64,000 nt of DNA, taken from contig OX597824.1 in assembly GCA_951406725.2 (NCBI GenBank), positions 69,564,001 to 69,628,000 of the forward strand, written 5' to 3'. The DNA comes from Octopus vulgaris. Lineage: Eukaryota. Below, one piece after another: positions 39,181 through 53,824 of this stretch. The position numbers were made by a program, and so were the translations under genes. A model generated the notes under the pieces. That model did not search any database and was not told the origin of the DNA. It saw only the letters and a list, made by a program, of their open reading frames with translations. Numbering within the stretch: position 1 is the stretch's first letter; the number at the start of each line of letters is the position of its first letter.

Positions 39181-39432
39181 GTTAAGACGTCGTCGTCGTC
39201 GTCATTATCATTAATATCCTCAATGTCGTCTTCGTTGTCATCATCATCACCATTATCAATCATCGTCGTCTTCGTCATCGCCGTCCTCGTCGTCATCACT
39301 ATCATCTTTCCCGCTCTTTCCCACCATCATTAGGGGGGTCTTCAGTCGCAAATCAGCCCATCGTTCTGAGATGACCTAGTACTAAACAACAACATCACCA
39401 CTTTATCTCACCTCCACCATTACCATTGCTAG

Positions 39433-39498
<66 letters not shown>

Positions 39499-41230
39499 CA
39501 TTGTCATACCACAACTCCCACAAACATCAACAAGAACAACAAAACCACTAATTACACTCGGCATCATCACTACTCCCACCAGTGCTTTTATCACACCTAA
39601 CAACCACAATCACTACCACCACAACCACTACCACCACCACCACCACACCACCACCCCTATAACCATCTCCGCAACTACCACTACCGCCACTATAACTACT
39701 ACCACCACCACCACAACTACAGCCACCACAACCACAATCACTACCGCCCCCACCATCACCACCACTGCTAACATCACCACTACCACCACCACACCACCAC
39801 CACCACCATAACCATCTCCGCAACTGCCACCGCCGCCACCACAACTACAACCACCACTACCACAATCACTACCTCCCACACCATCACCACCACCACCACA
39901 CCACCACCACCATAACCATCTCCGCAACTGCCACCGCCATCACCACAACTACAACCACCACTACCACAATCACTACCTCCCACACCATCACCACCACCAC
40001 CACACCACTACCACCACCACCATGACCATCTCCGCAACTACCACCACCACCGCTATTACTACTACCGCCACCACGACAACTACAACCACTACTACCACAA
40101 TCACTACCACCCCCACCATCACCACCACCACTACAACCAATGTTCTGATCAGTAACATTTCCACCGGTACACCATCACCATCCCCATCACCACCACCACC
40201 ACCACTAGCCCCAGCACCTCTGTACGGATATTATCCTCGATAACCAAAACTGTCTCCTTAACCACATAACCTACCACCACCACCACCACCACCACTACCA
40301 CCATCACTAACACCAACACCACCACCACCGCCGCCACCACATATCCCTCCACCCTTCGTCTGAAGAACTTCACTAATATTATTACAATTACCAACAACCC
40401 ATCCTCAATAACCAACACTGTGACTGTTACCACACCACTACCACCACCACCACCACTACCTCTTTTACTACTACTACTACTACCACCACTAACAACAACA
40501 ATAACAATATCAAGCTCAGGCAAACCGATAAGGGATGGGGAGTGCGATATGAAGTTAATGAGCCGTGAAATCTGAGAAGGAGCTATGGCTTGATTAGATG
40601 GTAGCATGGTGGAGGGGGGTGATGGTGATGGTGGTGGTGGTTTTGGTGGTAGTGGTGATGGTGGTGGTGGCGGTGCCGGTGTCGTGTGGTGCTGACAGTG
40701 TGGTGGAGTGACGAATCAATATATTATTACACTGTCTTTGATGGTCTTTGGCTATAGTGGTTCTAAGTGTTGGTGGTGATGTTGGCTTTGGTGGTAGTGG
40801 TGGTGGTAATGTTGGTATTGGTGGTGGTTGTTGATTATTGTGGTAGTGGTGGTGATGTTGATGGTTGTAGTGGTAGAGGTGGTGGTGGTGGTCATTGCGG
40901 TTCAGAAAGTGGTGGTGATTGTAGCTGTGGTTGTGATTGTAGTGATAGTTATGGTGGTGGTGGTGGTGATAGTGGTGGTAGTGTTGCTGTTGTGGTGATG
41001 GTAGTGGCATCAGTGGTGGTGATGATGCTGCTGCTGGTTGAGGAAGCGTTGATGATGGTAATGGTGATAACGATGGTCATGATCATGGTGGTGGTTGTTA
41101 CGTTAGTAATAGTAGTGGAAGCAGTGCTCGTAGTTGTGGTGGTGGTGTTGCAGATGGCGACGTTTCTATTAGCGGGTAGTGGTAGCGGTATTGGTTGAAT
41201 TAGTGGTATTGGTAATCGTAGTGGTGGTAG
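38760..41230. repeat. Low-complexity trinucleotide domain: (CAT)n, (TAC/CAC)n, then (GTG/GTA)n
   Basis: Direct reading. Contains a higher-order unit marked by ACCATCTC(C)GCAACT. Confidence 0.9.
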
Positions 41231-41464
41231 TCACGGTCGAGTTGGACATGTTAGGCTAAAATCGGAGAAGCATGATGGCATTCACAAAGTATCTGCAGCA
41301 CTAGTAATTATTATTGACAAAATATTTTTGCAGCCCCTTCTGCAAATACCTGGTGCCTCATACCGGAAGATCTAATGTGGGTCCTTAATAACATTTCTGA
41401 GAAGTGTGTAGTGACTAATTTATAAGTGGGCAGCAAGGATTGGAGTGAAAATCTTCGGCTTATA

Positions 41465-41872
41465 GGCGCAGGAGTGTCTGTGTGGTAAGTAGCTTGCTTA
41501 CCAGCCACATGGTTCTGGGTTCAGTCCCACTGCGTGGCACCTTGGGCAAGTGTCTTCTATAGCCTCAGGCCGATCAAAGCCTTGTGAGTGGATTTGGTAG
41601 ACAGAAACTGAAAGAAGCCTGTCGTATATATGTATATACATATATGTATGTGTGTGTATATGTTTGTGTGTCTGTGTTTGTCCTCCCAACATCGCTTGAC
41701 AACCGATGGTGGTGTGTTTAATTCCCCGTAACTTAGAGGTTCGGCAAAAGAGACCGATAGAATAAGTACTAGGCTTCCAAAGAATAAATTCTAGGGTCGA
41801 TTTGCTCGACTAAAGGCGGTGCTCCAGCATAGTCGCAGTCAAAATGACTGAAACAAGTAAAAGAGTAAAAGA
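41465..41872 (+). mobile_element. Full-length SINE family B
   Basis: GGCGCAGGAGTGTCTGTGTGGTAAG..GACTGAAACAAGTAAAAGAG. Confidence 0.9.
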
Positions 41873-41912
41873 GAGTAATACCATTGGTAACACAAATGGT
41901 ATGCATATGATT

Positions 41913-42238
41913 GACTCCATGAATGACCGTGGAATTGCACCTAGAAACCCTCCCTCCGAGACACATATCCAGGCAAGGTTGTTTATGGAAGACCAGCAGT
42001 CGTCCATGCGTTCCAGCCTCTCCTCTCCACGCGACCAATGTTGTCCAAGGGAAAGGCAAAGGTCTATACAGCCTCGCACCAGTGACGTCACAACTTGTTT
42101 CTACAGTTGAGTGAACTGGAGCAATGTGAAGTAAAGTGTCTTGCTCAAGAACACAACACACAGCCCGGTCCAAGAATCGAACTCACTACCTCGTGATTGT
42201 TGACTCAGGCGCTCCAACCACTGAGCCTTGTGCCTTCA
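41913..42238 (-). mobile_element. SINE family C
   Basis: Family C motifs. Confidence 0.85.
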
Positions 42239-42506
42239 AGTATATAGGACAGATTATTTAAGCTATCCTTTCTGTAACCCTTTGCTGTCCGTTGTATCAC
42301 ATGTCATACAAAGGACGTATTTTCTTGGCCTCCATGCATTATATTTGATACACATTCTCATCTTTTTTTCTTTTTCAACCACCAGAAATAACCTGTGACT
42401 TATGAAAGGAAAATTTTATATTACGAACAACGAATGAAAAAAAAAGTGATTGTTTTTAGAAGTCTAAAAACAATCATGGACGCTTTGGACAACTTTATGA
42501 AAATGA

Positions 42507-42900
42507 CTAGCAGTATAGCCCGGCATTACTCGGGTTTGTTTCGACCCTTTAGAATTAAAATTTTTGAAAAGTAAAAGTTTTGCATTATGTAGCTTGTTAT
42601 TCTCTTTAAGAGAACATTTTTCTGGTTGAAATACACAGAAAAATGGCGACACAGCAGTCAAAAAATCGTAAAAAGTAGGGATTTTCAAAGAAAAAAAGCA
42701 CCTTTTTTATGTAAATAATTTTTGGTCTTAACCTTGTCCGATTTGAATTTTATCTTCTACGGAATGAAGAACAAGCCTTCTTTTATCATACTCTCAATTT
42801 TGGTCAACTTGCGCTGCAGAGTCTCGGAGGAGATAGTGTTAGTTGAAGGCTACCAAACCTGCCACTCACACACAGACAACTTCAGCTTTATATATATAGA
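42507..42900 (-). mobile_element. Non-autonomous Helitron
   Basis: Minus strand 5' TCTATATATATAAAGCTGAAGTTG, 3' CCCG-AGTAATGC-CGGG hairpin then CTAG. A^T target. Confidence 0.85.
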
Positions 42901-43867
42901 TTTAGGCAAGCAAATAATTTATTGAGTAAGGTTTGATGTGAAAGAGATATGTAGCTGCCGCATTTTTTAAAATGCCGAGTAATCACCACAAAGACCATTT
43001 TCTGTTTCTTTAGAAACACTATAATTAATAAGTGTTCTGTTACTTTCGTTTCAGTCAACAGCTTTACAAAGTGGTTTATCTCAAATAAAATCAAACAGAT
43101 CCATTCTTTGACTATAAATGTACCTAACCTTCGAAGTACTTCGTTAAATTTTCGTATTTAGTTCGCAAGATTCTTGATGTGAACTCACGCGTTGCAACAG
43201 ATTTTGTTGTATCTCGGGAGCGTCATTATGCTAAAAATAACACACGTTCAGGTTGTATGTAACTTCTGTTGTAGCTATCAGTCAGCTAATTATCTACTTA
43301 ACCACTCAAGTAATCGACTGTTTGAATAATTCTTCGGTTAATCAATCAGTCAGCTAGAACCTAAAAAAAGAACCTGAAGCAATCCTGAAGCAAACCCGAA
43401 GCAGACATGATATAAAGAGGGCATGTCATTGATGAAGCCGCGAATGACGAGGAAAGAACTTTGACAAACCTAAAACATAAAACAATATGGTTGACTTTAT
43501 CCTTGTATTATTTGATGGAGGACTTGTGAACTGCAATTATATATTGATGTAGTTATGGTAGTGTATATTGCTTTATTTTAAACAAATACCAACAAGACAC
43601 CCACTCGCACACACACACACAGACAGACAGACAGACAGATAGACACGCGTGCGCGCACACACACACGCGCGCGCGCGGACATGCATAGAGGGTTGTATAG
43701 AAAAGATCACTTTTAACCATGAGATTTCCCGTTCAGCTTCACCGCGCAGTAACTTGAGTGACTTCTGCTATAGTCAACCAATACTTTGTGAACGAATTGC
43801 TGACGAAAACTGAAAGAAGCCCGTCGAGATAGATTATGTGTGTGTGTATACATATATACATACATGC

Positions 43868-43963
<96 letters not shown>

Positions 43964-44233
43964 GTACGAGACTATCCTCATACACCAAAAGAAACCCAAA
44001 ATCAATAATAGAAGGGAGTTACAGGAAGCTAGCTGGTTGCTATAGCAATACTCTTCTGCGCATGTCCGCTCCACACACGCTCATCGGCAACATTCATCAA
44101 TTTCTTTAAAATGGGGTCATAACACCGAAATACTGAATACAAGGTAAGTCTACATTAATTCACATATTTATTTTCTTGTGATTTACCTTGCATTTACTTC
44201 GTATTGTCTTAACCTTACTCGCGATCTTTAATA

Positions 44234-44799
44234 TTGGGTTGTCCGGAAAGTTCGTGCCGATTTATAGTAGCTTACATTTCGACTTATTTTAGAACATGGT
44301 TGAGTGCACAAAATAGGATTTGACTACACCTCCATTTAGAGCACAGTTAAAGCTATCTTTTCGTGGGAGAAAGTTTATGTTCCTATAATCTGTGTTAATT
44401 CTGTAACCCTTCAAAATGGAAGATAAGAAAGATCATTTTCAGCACTTGATGCTTTGGAAACCAGATAAAAATTGCTGCAGCTCGGCTGGGATGTGTTACC
44501 TTACCCTCCATATTCACTAGATATTGCTCCTTCGGATTTCCACTTATTCAGGCCCCTGCAGAATAGTCTTAATGGTAAAAATTTCAATTCCTTGGATGAC
44601 GTAAAAAGATACCTTGATGAATTATTTGCCATGAAACCAGCTCAATTCTGGGAAGAGAGTATTTTCAAGTTAAAGGAAAGATGGAGACGCATTGTACAAC
44701 AAAATAGTTCATATTTGGTTGATTAAAAATGTAATGGCAAGTATTTATTGACCTTTTTCTTTCCTTTAAAAATCGGCACGAACTTTCCGGACAACCCAA
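44234..44799 (+). mobile_element. Internally deleted mariner element with perfect TIRs and TA TSD
   Basis: TA|TTGGGTTGTCCGGAAAGTTCGTGCCGATTT ... AAATCGGCACGAACTTTCCGGACAACCCAA|TA. Start MEDKKDHFQHLMLW is joined to the C-terminal YPPYSLDIAPSDFHLFRPLQNSL..KLKERWRRIVQQNSSYLVD. Confidence 0.95.
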
Positions 44800-44800
44800 T

Positions 44801-44831
<31 letters not shown>

Positions 44832-44857
44832 CTTAAAACATTCAGAAAAATATGACA

Positions 44858-45400
44858 GGAAACCGTGATGTTCCTCTAGAGGACATTATTCTCCGCTGCT
44901 TACATTACTGCTCCCATTTATGATCACCACATAGTGTAACATTAACCGCGGAAACTGAAACAATCAAACGAAGCTGCAGAAAGATCTTCTCAATGCGACA
45001 AGTCAACTACTCAGAACGGCTGAAGAAGCAACGCTTCTAATCCCAAGAACGAGGGCGGGAAAGATATGCAGCGATATACATCTGGAAAATCCTGGAATGA
45101 CTTGTTCCAAAGTTTAGTAATGAAAGTTATACAAACACCAGAACGGTACGCCATTACATAGGGCCAAAGATCCCAACATCGCTATCAAGATAACGGACCA
45201 GATACTGCAACAGCTTTGGGTTTGAAGGGACTACAACCCTTCAATATTCGCCCCAAAAATCCTGAAAGACCTACGTGGGGTGCCTGTAGGTGCTTTTACA
45301 ACAAAACTAGATCTCTTCCTGTTGAGAGCTCAGGGAAGACAGGAAAGGCGAACGAGGGCAGCAACATCAAATTCCATCATTCACCTCAAGCCACATACCA
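44858..45400 (+). pseudogene. Degenerate CR1-clade LINE ORF2 3' end
   Basis: LHYCSHL*SP..NYSERLKK..ERGRERYAAIYIWKILE*LVP..TKLDLFL with stops and frameshifts. Confidence 0.75.
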
Positions 45401-45491
45401 GAGGAGGTCTTCAAGTAAAGAAAGTGTAGCAAAGTATCCCTGTAGGATCACAGCTCTCGAGTTGAAGCTAGTAATTGAGTAAAGTGCGTGC

Positions 45492-45539
<48 letters not shown>

Positions 45540-45960
45540 TTGTTCCTCACCACCGCTTGACAACCAATGTTGCTAATTACGTCCCCGTAACTTAGCGATT
45601 TGGCAAATCGGAACGATAAAATAAGCGTCAAGTTTTTACAAAATAAGTACTGCGGTCGATTCTTCGATTTAAATGGCAGTGCTCCGGCATGGCCATAGTC
45701 TAAAAACTGAAATAAGTACAAATTAACAGATAACAGATATATATGCATATATGTACGTATCTATTAATGTATATGTTTATCAATGTTCAATGTATGCAGA
45801 TGTATGTACATATTTGAGTATTTAAATAAAGTGTATACAAACAGTCATATGTATATGTGCGTCTCCGTACTTCGTGTATACTTTACATACATACACAGAC
45901 GCACACACACGCACACACACACACACACACTCACACACAGACACACACACACACATGCAT

Positions 45961-45992
<32 letters not shown>

Positions 45993-46209
45993 GTGAAAAC
46001 GCAGTCAAGGTGAAATAGCATGGCGAAGATAGAAGAAATTAAATAAACTAGAAGACAAAACCCATGTAACGGCAGTAAAATTACGCAGGCGCAGTAATTA
46101 TCATAGCAGACATCTTATTTATGTCGTCATAGCAATGGTCGTTTGCAAGCCGCCATAATGATTATAATCATTATCGTCTGCATTATAGTAGACATCATCT
46201 TTATCGTCG

Positions 46210-46301
<92 letters not shown>

Positions 46302-46459
46302 TTCGTCATCGTCGTCGTCATCGCCGTCTTCGTCATTATTATCGTTATATTGCCCTCGTCACCGTTATAGTTCTTATCGTTGTCGTCGTTTGCTTTCGTT
46401 GTTATCGTCCTTAACGTTGTCGCCTCATCATTATCATCATCAACAGCAAAATCAACGTG

Positions 46460-46539
<80 letters not shown>

Positions 46540-46634
46540 CAACTTAATCGCTATAATTATCCTTGTGTGCATGAATGTGTGTGTGTGAGTGTGCTCGCGC
46601 ACATGTGTGCGTAAGTGTGCATGCATGTTTGCGC

Positions 46635-46685
<51 letters not shown>

Positions 46686-46718
46686 CACATACAAACATAT
46701 ACATAAATATACGTAAAC

Positions 46719-46750
<32 letters not shown>

Positions 46751-46846
46751 GTACACATACACACATATACATAAATATACGTAAACATATATACATATAT
46801 TAAAATGTATATGCATATGTATATGTATAAGCATACAAAGGAATCG

Positions 46847-46945
<99 letters not shown>

Positions 46946-49007
46946 AGGTGTATTATATTATATTATTCTTAGATAAATATATATATATATATATATATAA
47001 AATAATACTTTTCTGCACACATATAAGTATTCCTTTATTCGTTTCTGTCATTTGACTGCAGTCATGCTGGAGCACCTCCTATAGTCGAACACATCGACCC
47101 CAAGACTTATTCTTTGCAAGCCTAGTATTTATTCTATCGATCTCTTTGGCCAAACCGCTAAGTTATGGAGACATAAACACACCACCATCGGTTGTCAAGC
47201 GCCTATATATATATATTGTTTTGATTCTTTGTTCGTCTTTATTGCTTAACCGGTGTATGTATATGTATGTATGTCATTTTTTATCGACTCATAAAAGTGA
47301 AAGTGGACATTAGAGGAATTTGTACTCAGGACGTAAAACCGGATGCATTGTATGAACCTGTGTTCATGCGTCTGTGCGAGAGTACGAGTGGGTGAGCGTG
47401 CGTGCGTGCGTGCGTGCGTGCTTTATGCACGAGTTCGTTTGAGCGCATATATGATGTCCAACGGCTTTTGTCCAGTTTTTATAAAATTTAGCGACAAATT
47501 AATATAAGAATTTCAAATTATTTTTTGAATTACCATCGTTCAAAATTTCTCATTGAATTATTTTCATTGAAACAACACAGCAGAATGACCTGCCAATAAT
47601 AACACTTTTCCTTCGAACTCTTGCATTATAAATCTGTTTCATATTTGAAAGAGGGAAGCTTTCCCGAAATATAATAGATGCATTCGACAACCTGTGTAAG
47701 GTAAAGAATTAAGTGTAAGGTAATAAATTAAGTAAATTTATTGCCATAACCTTACATTGTTGCCTAATTTTGCAACTACATTGATTAAATGTCCTTTTAA
47801 AGATATTTATATCACCGATATGTTTTAACATAAAGCATCTTGTAATACGTCTAAACACATCATCGGGGACATTTCTTGGAGTCATTAGATGTTACGTTTC
47901 TTTCCCCAATTTGTCACCCTCATTCTGATGACCAACATGAGTTAGCTTTGCTCCAGATTGTGTCCAATTAACACTACCCAAGATTGCTCAATACCTTCAA
48001 GAGCTGAGACCGTTTAAATCACAAATTTCCACAGCCATTTTGACAAACTCCAGCTATTAGTCCTTATGATACCCAGTTCTGCAGAGGGACTGGCCTGCAA
48101 AACTCTGTCTCTCACCTCGGTGGGATCATACCTTATTTTCCTCTAATTCATTTGGCAAAGCCCCACCAGATCATCAAACATCTCTCTTTTCCACTGATTT
48201 CCCTTTTCAATATTGGTTCCACACGGAATGTAGCGACCTAACACAACCGGCTAGATGCTTCCAAGGTCAGTACCACCATGGCTGCCTTTTGTGATGTTGG
48301 AACAGCCTTTTCTGGGAACTTCGGCTGCTTCACTGCGTCGACTTTTCAGCTACCAGTTTCGTGATGTTGCAACCAGAACCCGGCGATATGGACCTTGCTA
48401 CCAGGCACCATCGTCCCATCAGCCTTAACAAAAATGAATACCTTGGAAAATAATAATATCATATTGATTTTTTTCAAATATTATAGAAAAATTATATCGA
48501 TTACTTAATTTAGTATCATTTGGTTATTATTTATTTTTTTGTTTATTTCTGTTGTCTTTACCAAAATCAACCAAAACATTCCGATACCCTGCTTGTAGAT
48601 ATATTCCTACACACACGCAGGCACGCACGCACACACACACACACACACGCACACTCACACGCACATACATACTTACACTCATGCGTACATATACACATGT
48701 ACATAAACATAAACACACACATATATATATATGAATATAGATACAAATATACTCACAAATATATACATACATGCTTGTATATGTATATATATATATATAT
48801 ATACATATATATACGCATATATATATGTATGTATATCATAATATACACGTATATGTTTATTTACATGTGTAAACATACATATAAACATATATATATATAA
48901 AGAGAGAGAGAGAGTGAAAGAGAGAGAAGCGGAAGATACATATAGTCATGTGTGTGTTTACAAGTAAATGCACACACACACACAAATATATACGTACATA
49001 CATATAT

Positions 49008-49080
<73 letters not shown>

Positions 49081-50127
49081 CAGACACGATACACACTCGC
49101 ACACTCGCAAGCACGCTTATACACTTACAAACACACACGCACGCACACACGCGCGCTCACACACGTACACAGACACACACACACACACACACACGCATTG
49201 GTTAGCAGTATTGCAACATACATACACACACACACATACATAATTACACACACTTAGCCGCTTATTCCGGAATTACAACCAGTGAACGTGAGAATTTATA
49301 GCTAGTTTTATATGCATACTTATCACATTCACATACGCTTTCACATTTCTTAAGTGTGCACCTACATCGCCTACTTCCTATTAAAAACTTCAGACTCTCC
49401 AAATATTTGTTATGTTTCCTCGTAAACGCGTTCCATTCTCGTGCTCTCTTCTTTGCAGTGTTAAAGCGTTTAATGCTGTTTTCGTGTGTTCATCGCGTTT
49501 ATAGCCTTAACGATGTTATGGCGGTGCTCGTGCTATTTGCTTTAATGTCCCACAAGGCACAGCGATTTCCTTTAGGTGTGTTTAGTTTGTTTATATGTTT
49601 GTTTGTTTGTTCCTTTCGTTTTCTCTTTGTTTATTTTTCTTTCTGTTGTTGTATTACATCTTATGGTGTGTTATGTATTTATTTTCTTATTTGTTTAGTT
49701 ATTTTATTTATTCTGTTATTCTGTTATTTATTTATTTATTTATTTCCTTTTCTGTTCTTTGACTTGCAGTTTCACTTTCGCTCTCTAATACACCATTGTT
49801 CTTTGTTCAAAGAATAATACAAGAAGCATATATAGATCCACTTAGGAGACAGAAACGTGCGCTTGGCGGGTGGATGATGGTGGTGGTAGTGGTGGTGGTG
49901 GTGGATGGTACTGGGAGCATGCGCGTCCTGTTGTGATTATAGATATATATATATACATACATATACATATATATATAAATATTCATATACGTAATATACG
50001 TATAGACTTTTCTATATACATATATTTACAGTATTGTGTGTGTGCGTGTGTGTGTTTGTGTGTGAGCACGTTCTCTTTGTGTTTCTCATTCTCCTTGTAT
50101 ATATGCGTGTGTGTGTGTGTGTGTGTA

Positions 50128-50174
<47 letters not shown>

Positions 50175-50362
50175 TATATATGTGTGTGTGTGTTATGCGT
50201 ATATATGCATACATACATACATGAAAACACACGTACACACACATATGTATAGTGTGAGAGTGAATGAGACAGACTTACGACGGACGGGTAAACACAGACA
50301 GACAAACAGACAAACAGACAGAAGATAGATAGAGTGATAGACAGACAGGTATACTGACAGCC

Positions 50363-50454
<92 letters not shown>

Positions 50455-50467
50455 TCAAAGATTTATA

Positions 50468-50634
50468 TACTCTTTTACTTGTTTCAGTCATTTGACTGCA
50501 GCCATGCTGGAGCACCGCCTTTAGTCGAGCAAATCGACCCCGGGACTTATTCTTTGTAAGCCCAGTACTTATTCTATCGGTCTCTCTATCGGGACGTAAA
50601 CACACCAGACAAACACAGACACACAAACACACAC

Positions 50635-50688
<54 letters not shown>

Positions 50689-50851
50689 GACAGGCTTCTT
50701 TCAGTTTCCGTCTACCAAATCCACTCACAAGGTATTGGTCAGCCCGGGGCTATAGCAGAAGACACTTGCCCAAGATGCCACGCAGTGGGACTGAACCCGG
50801 AACCATGTGGTTGGTTAGCAAGCTACTTACCACTCAGCCACTCCTGCGCCT
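50468..50851 (-). mobile_element. SINE family B
   Basis: Family B head and tail with a small internal deletion. Confidence 0.9.
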
Positions 50852-51779
50852 ATGTTCTGGAAGTTTAATTTTCCTGATTTATTCTTTGCCAACAAAAACA
50901 CCTTTAGATTCTCCTGGTTGTGTTTAAGTGATTGGTTAAGGTAAATATTTATTGTTGATTGATTGCGTTAAAGTACCGGGTATGTTAACATACTGACTAG
51001 GGTGGAAATCAAGAACAGATCCATTTTTATCGAAGATGACTCTTTAATGTCTCTCAACCTGATTCTCATAGCAGTCGAATTTTCCTTAAATCTCACCCTC
51101 CTGTTTTATACAAACCGAAAGAACACATTGAATTATGAAGTGTAATACCAAAATGTAAGAAAAATGTTAGGACAAGTTTTGGATAGATTTAGCTCATAAG
51201 ACCTGAATGTTGGTTGGACCAGTTCCGAGCAAAAGTGAAATGATTCTTTAACGGAGTCTAATCCAGGCAACACGACAGTATGAGAAGCTGTCGTTAACCA
51301 GTTTTCCTCTCATCATAAAGATATGTGTTATACATTCAGTAAAAGATGAACAATAACTATGAAACCACGTTAACAAATGTTTAGTGCTCTTATGAGTCCT
51401 GCTACTCTGAGCGCCAGTTACTAGATTTCCATGGTGTATAAGTATCTGAGATTATATCATTCCCCATGAGAGGCACGCCAGTCTGTCCGTTACAAGGTTA
51501 CACGTTTACTGCTGAGTGGACTGGAGCAGCATGAAATGAAGTGTTCTCCTCATTAACACAACAGATTCCCTGTTTGGAAATCAAGATTACGATCTTGGGA
51601 TCGTGAGCGCATCACCCTAACCACTAGGCCACGTGCCTTCACCCTCACTGATAAACAGATAACAGCAAATATAATAACTGTATAGAACAAAAACTGCTTT
51701 CAATTTATGTACAAAACCAGCAGTTTTTAAAGTCGTGGAATCAGCTGATACCATCGACACGTGTACTAGGGTAAAGGAT

Positions 51780-52115
51780 AAAGACTCCCACCGTCGATCA
51801 TGAATGATCATGAGATTGCACCTAGAAAGTTACCCTCCGAGGCACAAGTCCGGGCAAGGTTGCTTATGGAAGACCAGCAGTCGCTTATGCATGCCAACCT
51901 CCCTCTCCACGCCACCGATGTTATCCAAGGGAAAGGGAAAGACTGATACAGCTTGGCACCAGTGACGCCACAACTCATTTCTACGGCTGAGTGAACTGGA
52001 GCAACGTGAAATAAAGTGTCTTGCTCAAGGACACAACATACAGACCGGTCCGTGAATCGAATTCACTACCTCATGATTGTGTGCCCGACGCTCTAACCAT
52101 TGAGCCTTTTGCCTT
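51780..52115 (-). mobile_element. SINE family C
   Basis: Family C motifs. Confidence 0.85.
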
Positions 52116-52399
52116 GGTACTTTATTTGATCGACCTCGGATGAACGAAACGCAAAGTCGAATTCAGCGGGATTTGGAATCAGAACGTAGAGAGCCGGTAA
52201 AAATACCACAAGGTATTCAATTTTCTTGATCTAACAATCGTGAGAATCTCAGAATAAGTGGGACATTACATAGGGTGATACGGAACATCTCACACATAGC
52301 CCTAAATTATCCTGACACACTACGATTCTAGTGCCTTCTCCTTGTAATTCTCGCAGTAGATTTAATATGGATCTATTTTGACCCCACCACCACCACTAG

Positions 52400-52830
52400 C
52401 TCTTCTACTTGCACAAAACTTCTATAAAATTCATCGTAGGGGAAGTAGAGCTTCCTTCTCAACCCTCATCTGCTTCTTTAAATAGTACTTGACGAAGCTG
52501 AAAGACAGCTTATCTCGACAAGGAAAGCTCTGTCTCCAAAATTTTCAATTGCATCAACTACAGTACTACGTCCAGCATAACCACCACACAAATGAACTCT
52601 GCTCTCTCTTCCTTGCTAAATAAACTTAGTGGTTCTATCTTCGCAATAGACTCAGCCTAATGCTGGATCTTACCAGACGTGTAACAGGTGTTCGAAACAA
52701 ATCTACAAACTAGTAAGTATAACACAGACATCGACCGAATGCTTGCCAGACGGTTTCGCTACACTGCGTGATTCTCCGACATGTTCCGGTACGGGCGTCT
52801 CCAGCAAGGCCATGGCAGTAAAGTTTATTC
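52400..52830 (-). pseudogene. Degenerate L1/Tx1-like ORF2 C-terminal fragment
   Basis: Minus strand CRRITQCSETVWQAFGRC (decayed CCHC) and FVKYYLKKQMRVEKE. Confidence 0.5.
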
Positions 52831-53507
52831 CGAGCAGACAATGAACCGCTGTAATATAGCTATGATATTCTTTCTTGAATGTCTTTCTAAAAGAAACTAG
52901 TCAATGTAAGTATGTGTATGTATCTATACAGTTCCTGTTTTACTTATAAAGAATGTTTTTGAATATGTAGTACTTGGAGAGGGGTACGCAACTGCAGAAA
53001 GGACCGGAGGATTACATCCACTCTTGCCTTATGCTATGTCTCCCTCCATACTCTTGTAAGCGATGAAACTACTTCATCGCTTAGTCTGTTTCGGTTTTAT
53101 ATAACTCTCTTCAGGCTTAAAAGTGAAGGCGAATGGCTCAGTGGTTAGAGCGTCGAGCTTACAACCATGAGATAGTGTGTTTGATTCCTGGACCGAGCTG
53201 TGTGTTTTATACTTGAGCAAGACACTTTATTTCACTACTTCATCACTACTTCATCGCTTAGACATGCTGACATTGTATCAGACTTGCGCGATTCCCAGAT
53301 TCTGACAATAAAGGGTCAAGAGCCGAGATGTGGCCACCTTCTGATTGCTGATAAAGAAATAAAGATTACAAGGAAGAAACGTTTTGATGCGATATAAGAT
53401 AGATCAAGTCTACAAAATGAAGACAATATTGTCGGAGCTGAACGGGATCATGAAATGGGAAAGAGAAAAACATCAAATGGGAGTAGTTGAGGTCGCAAGG
53501 TTTGTAA

Positions 53508-53824
53508 AGACCCCCTTTGGTCATGAACAACCATGGGATTGCACCTAGAAAGTTACCCTCCGAGGCACAAGTCAGGGCAAGGTTGTTTCTGGAAGACCAT
53601 TAGTAACCTATCTATACCAGTCTCCCCTCTCTATGCCACCCATGTTACCCGACAGGTTGGGATAAGTGACAACACAACTCCTTTCTACAGCTGAGTGAAA
53701 TGGAGCAACCTGAAATAAAGTATCTTGCTCAAGAACACAACACGCAGCCTGGTTCAGGATTCGAGCTCACAACCTCATCATGATCGTAAGCTTGACGCTC
53801 TAACCACTGCGTCATTCGCCTTCA
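53508..53824 (-). mobile_element. SINE family C
   Basis: Family C motifs. Head mirrored at 53125-53235. Confidence 0.85.

Noticed and set aside
39305-39350. Minus-strand CUGAAGA..GAAA
   Set aside because: No UH cleavage site or stem I partner. Likely chance in low-complexity sequence.
47924-47950. CUGAUGA followed by a hairpin
   Set aside because: Not followed by GAAA.
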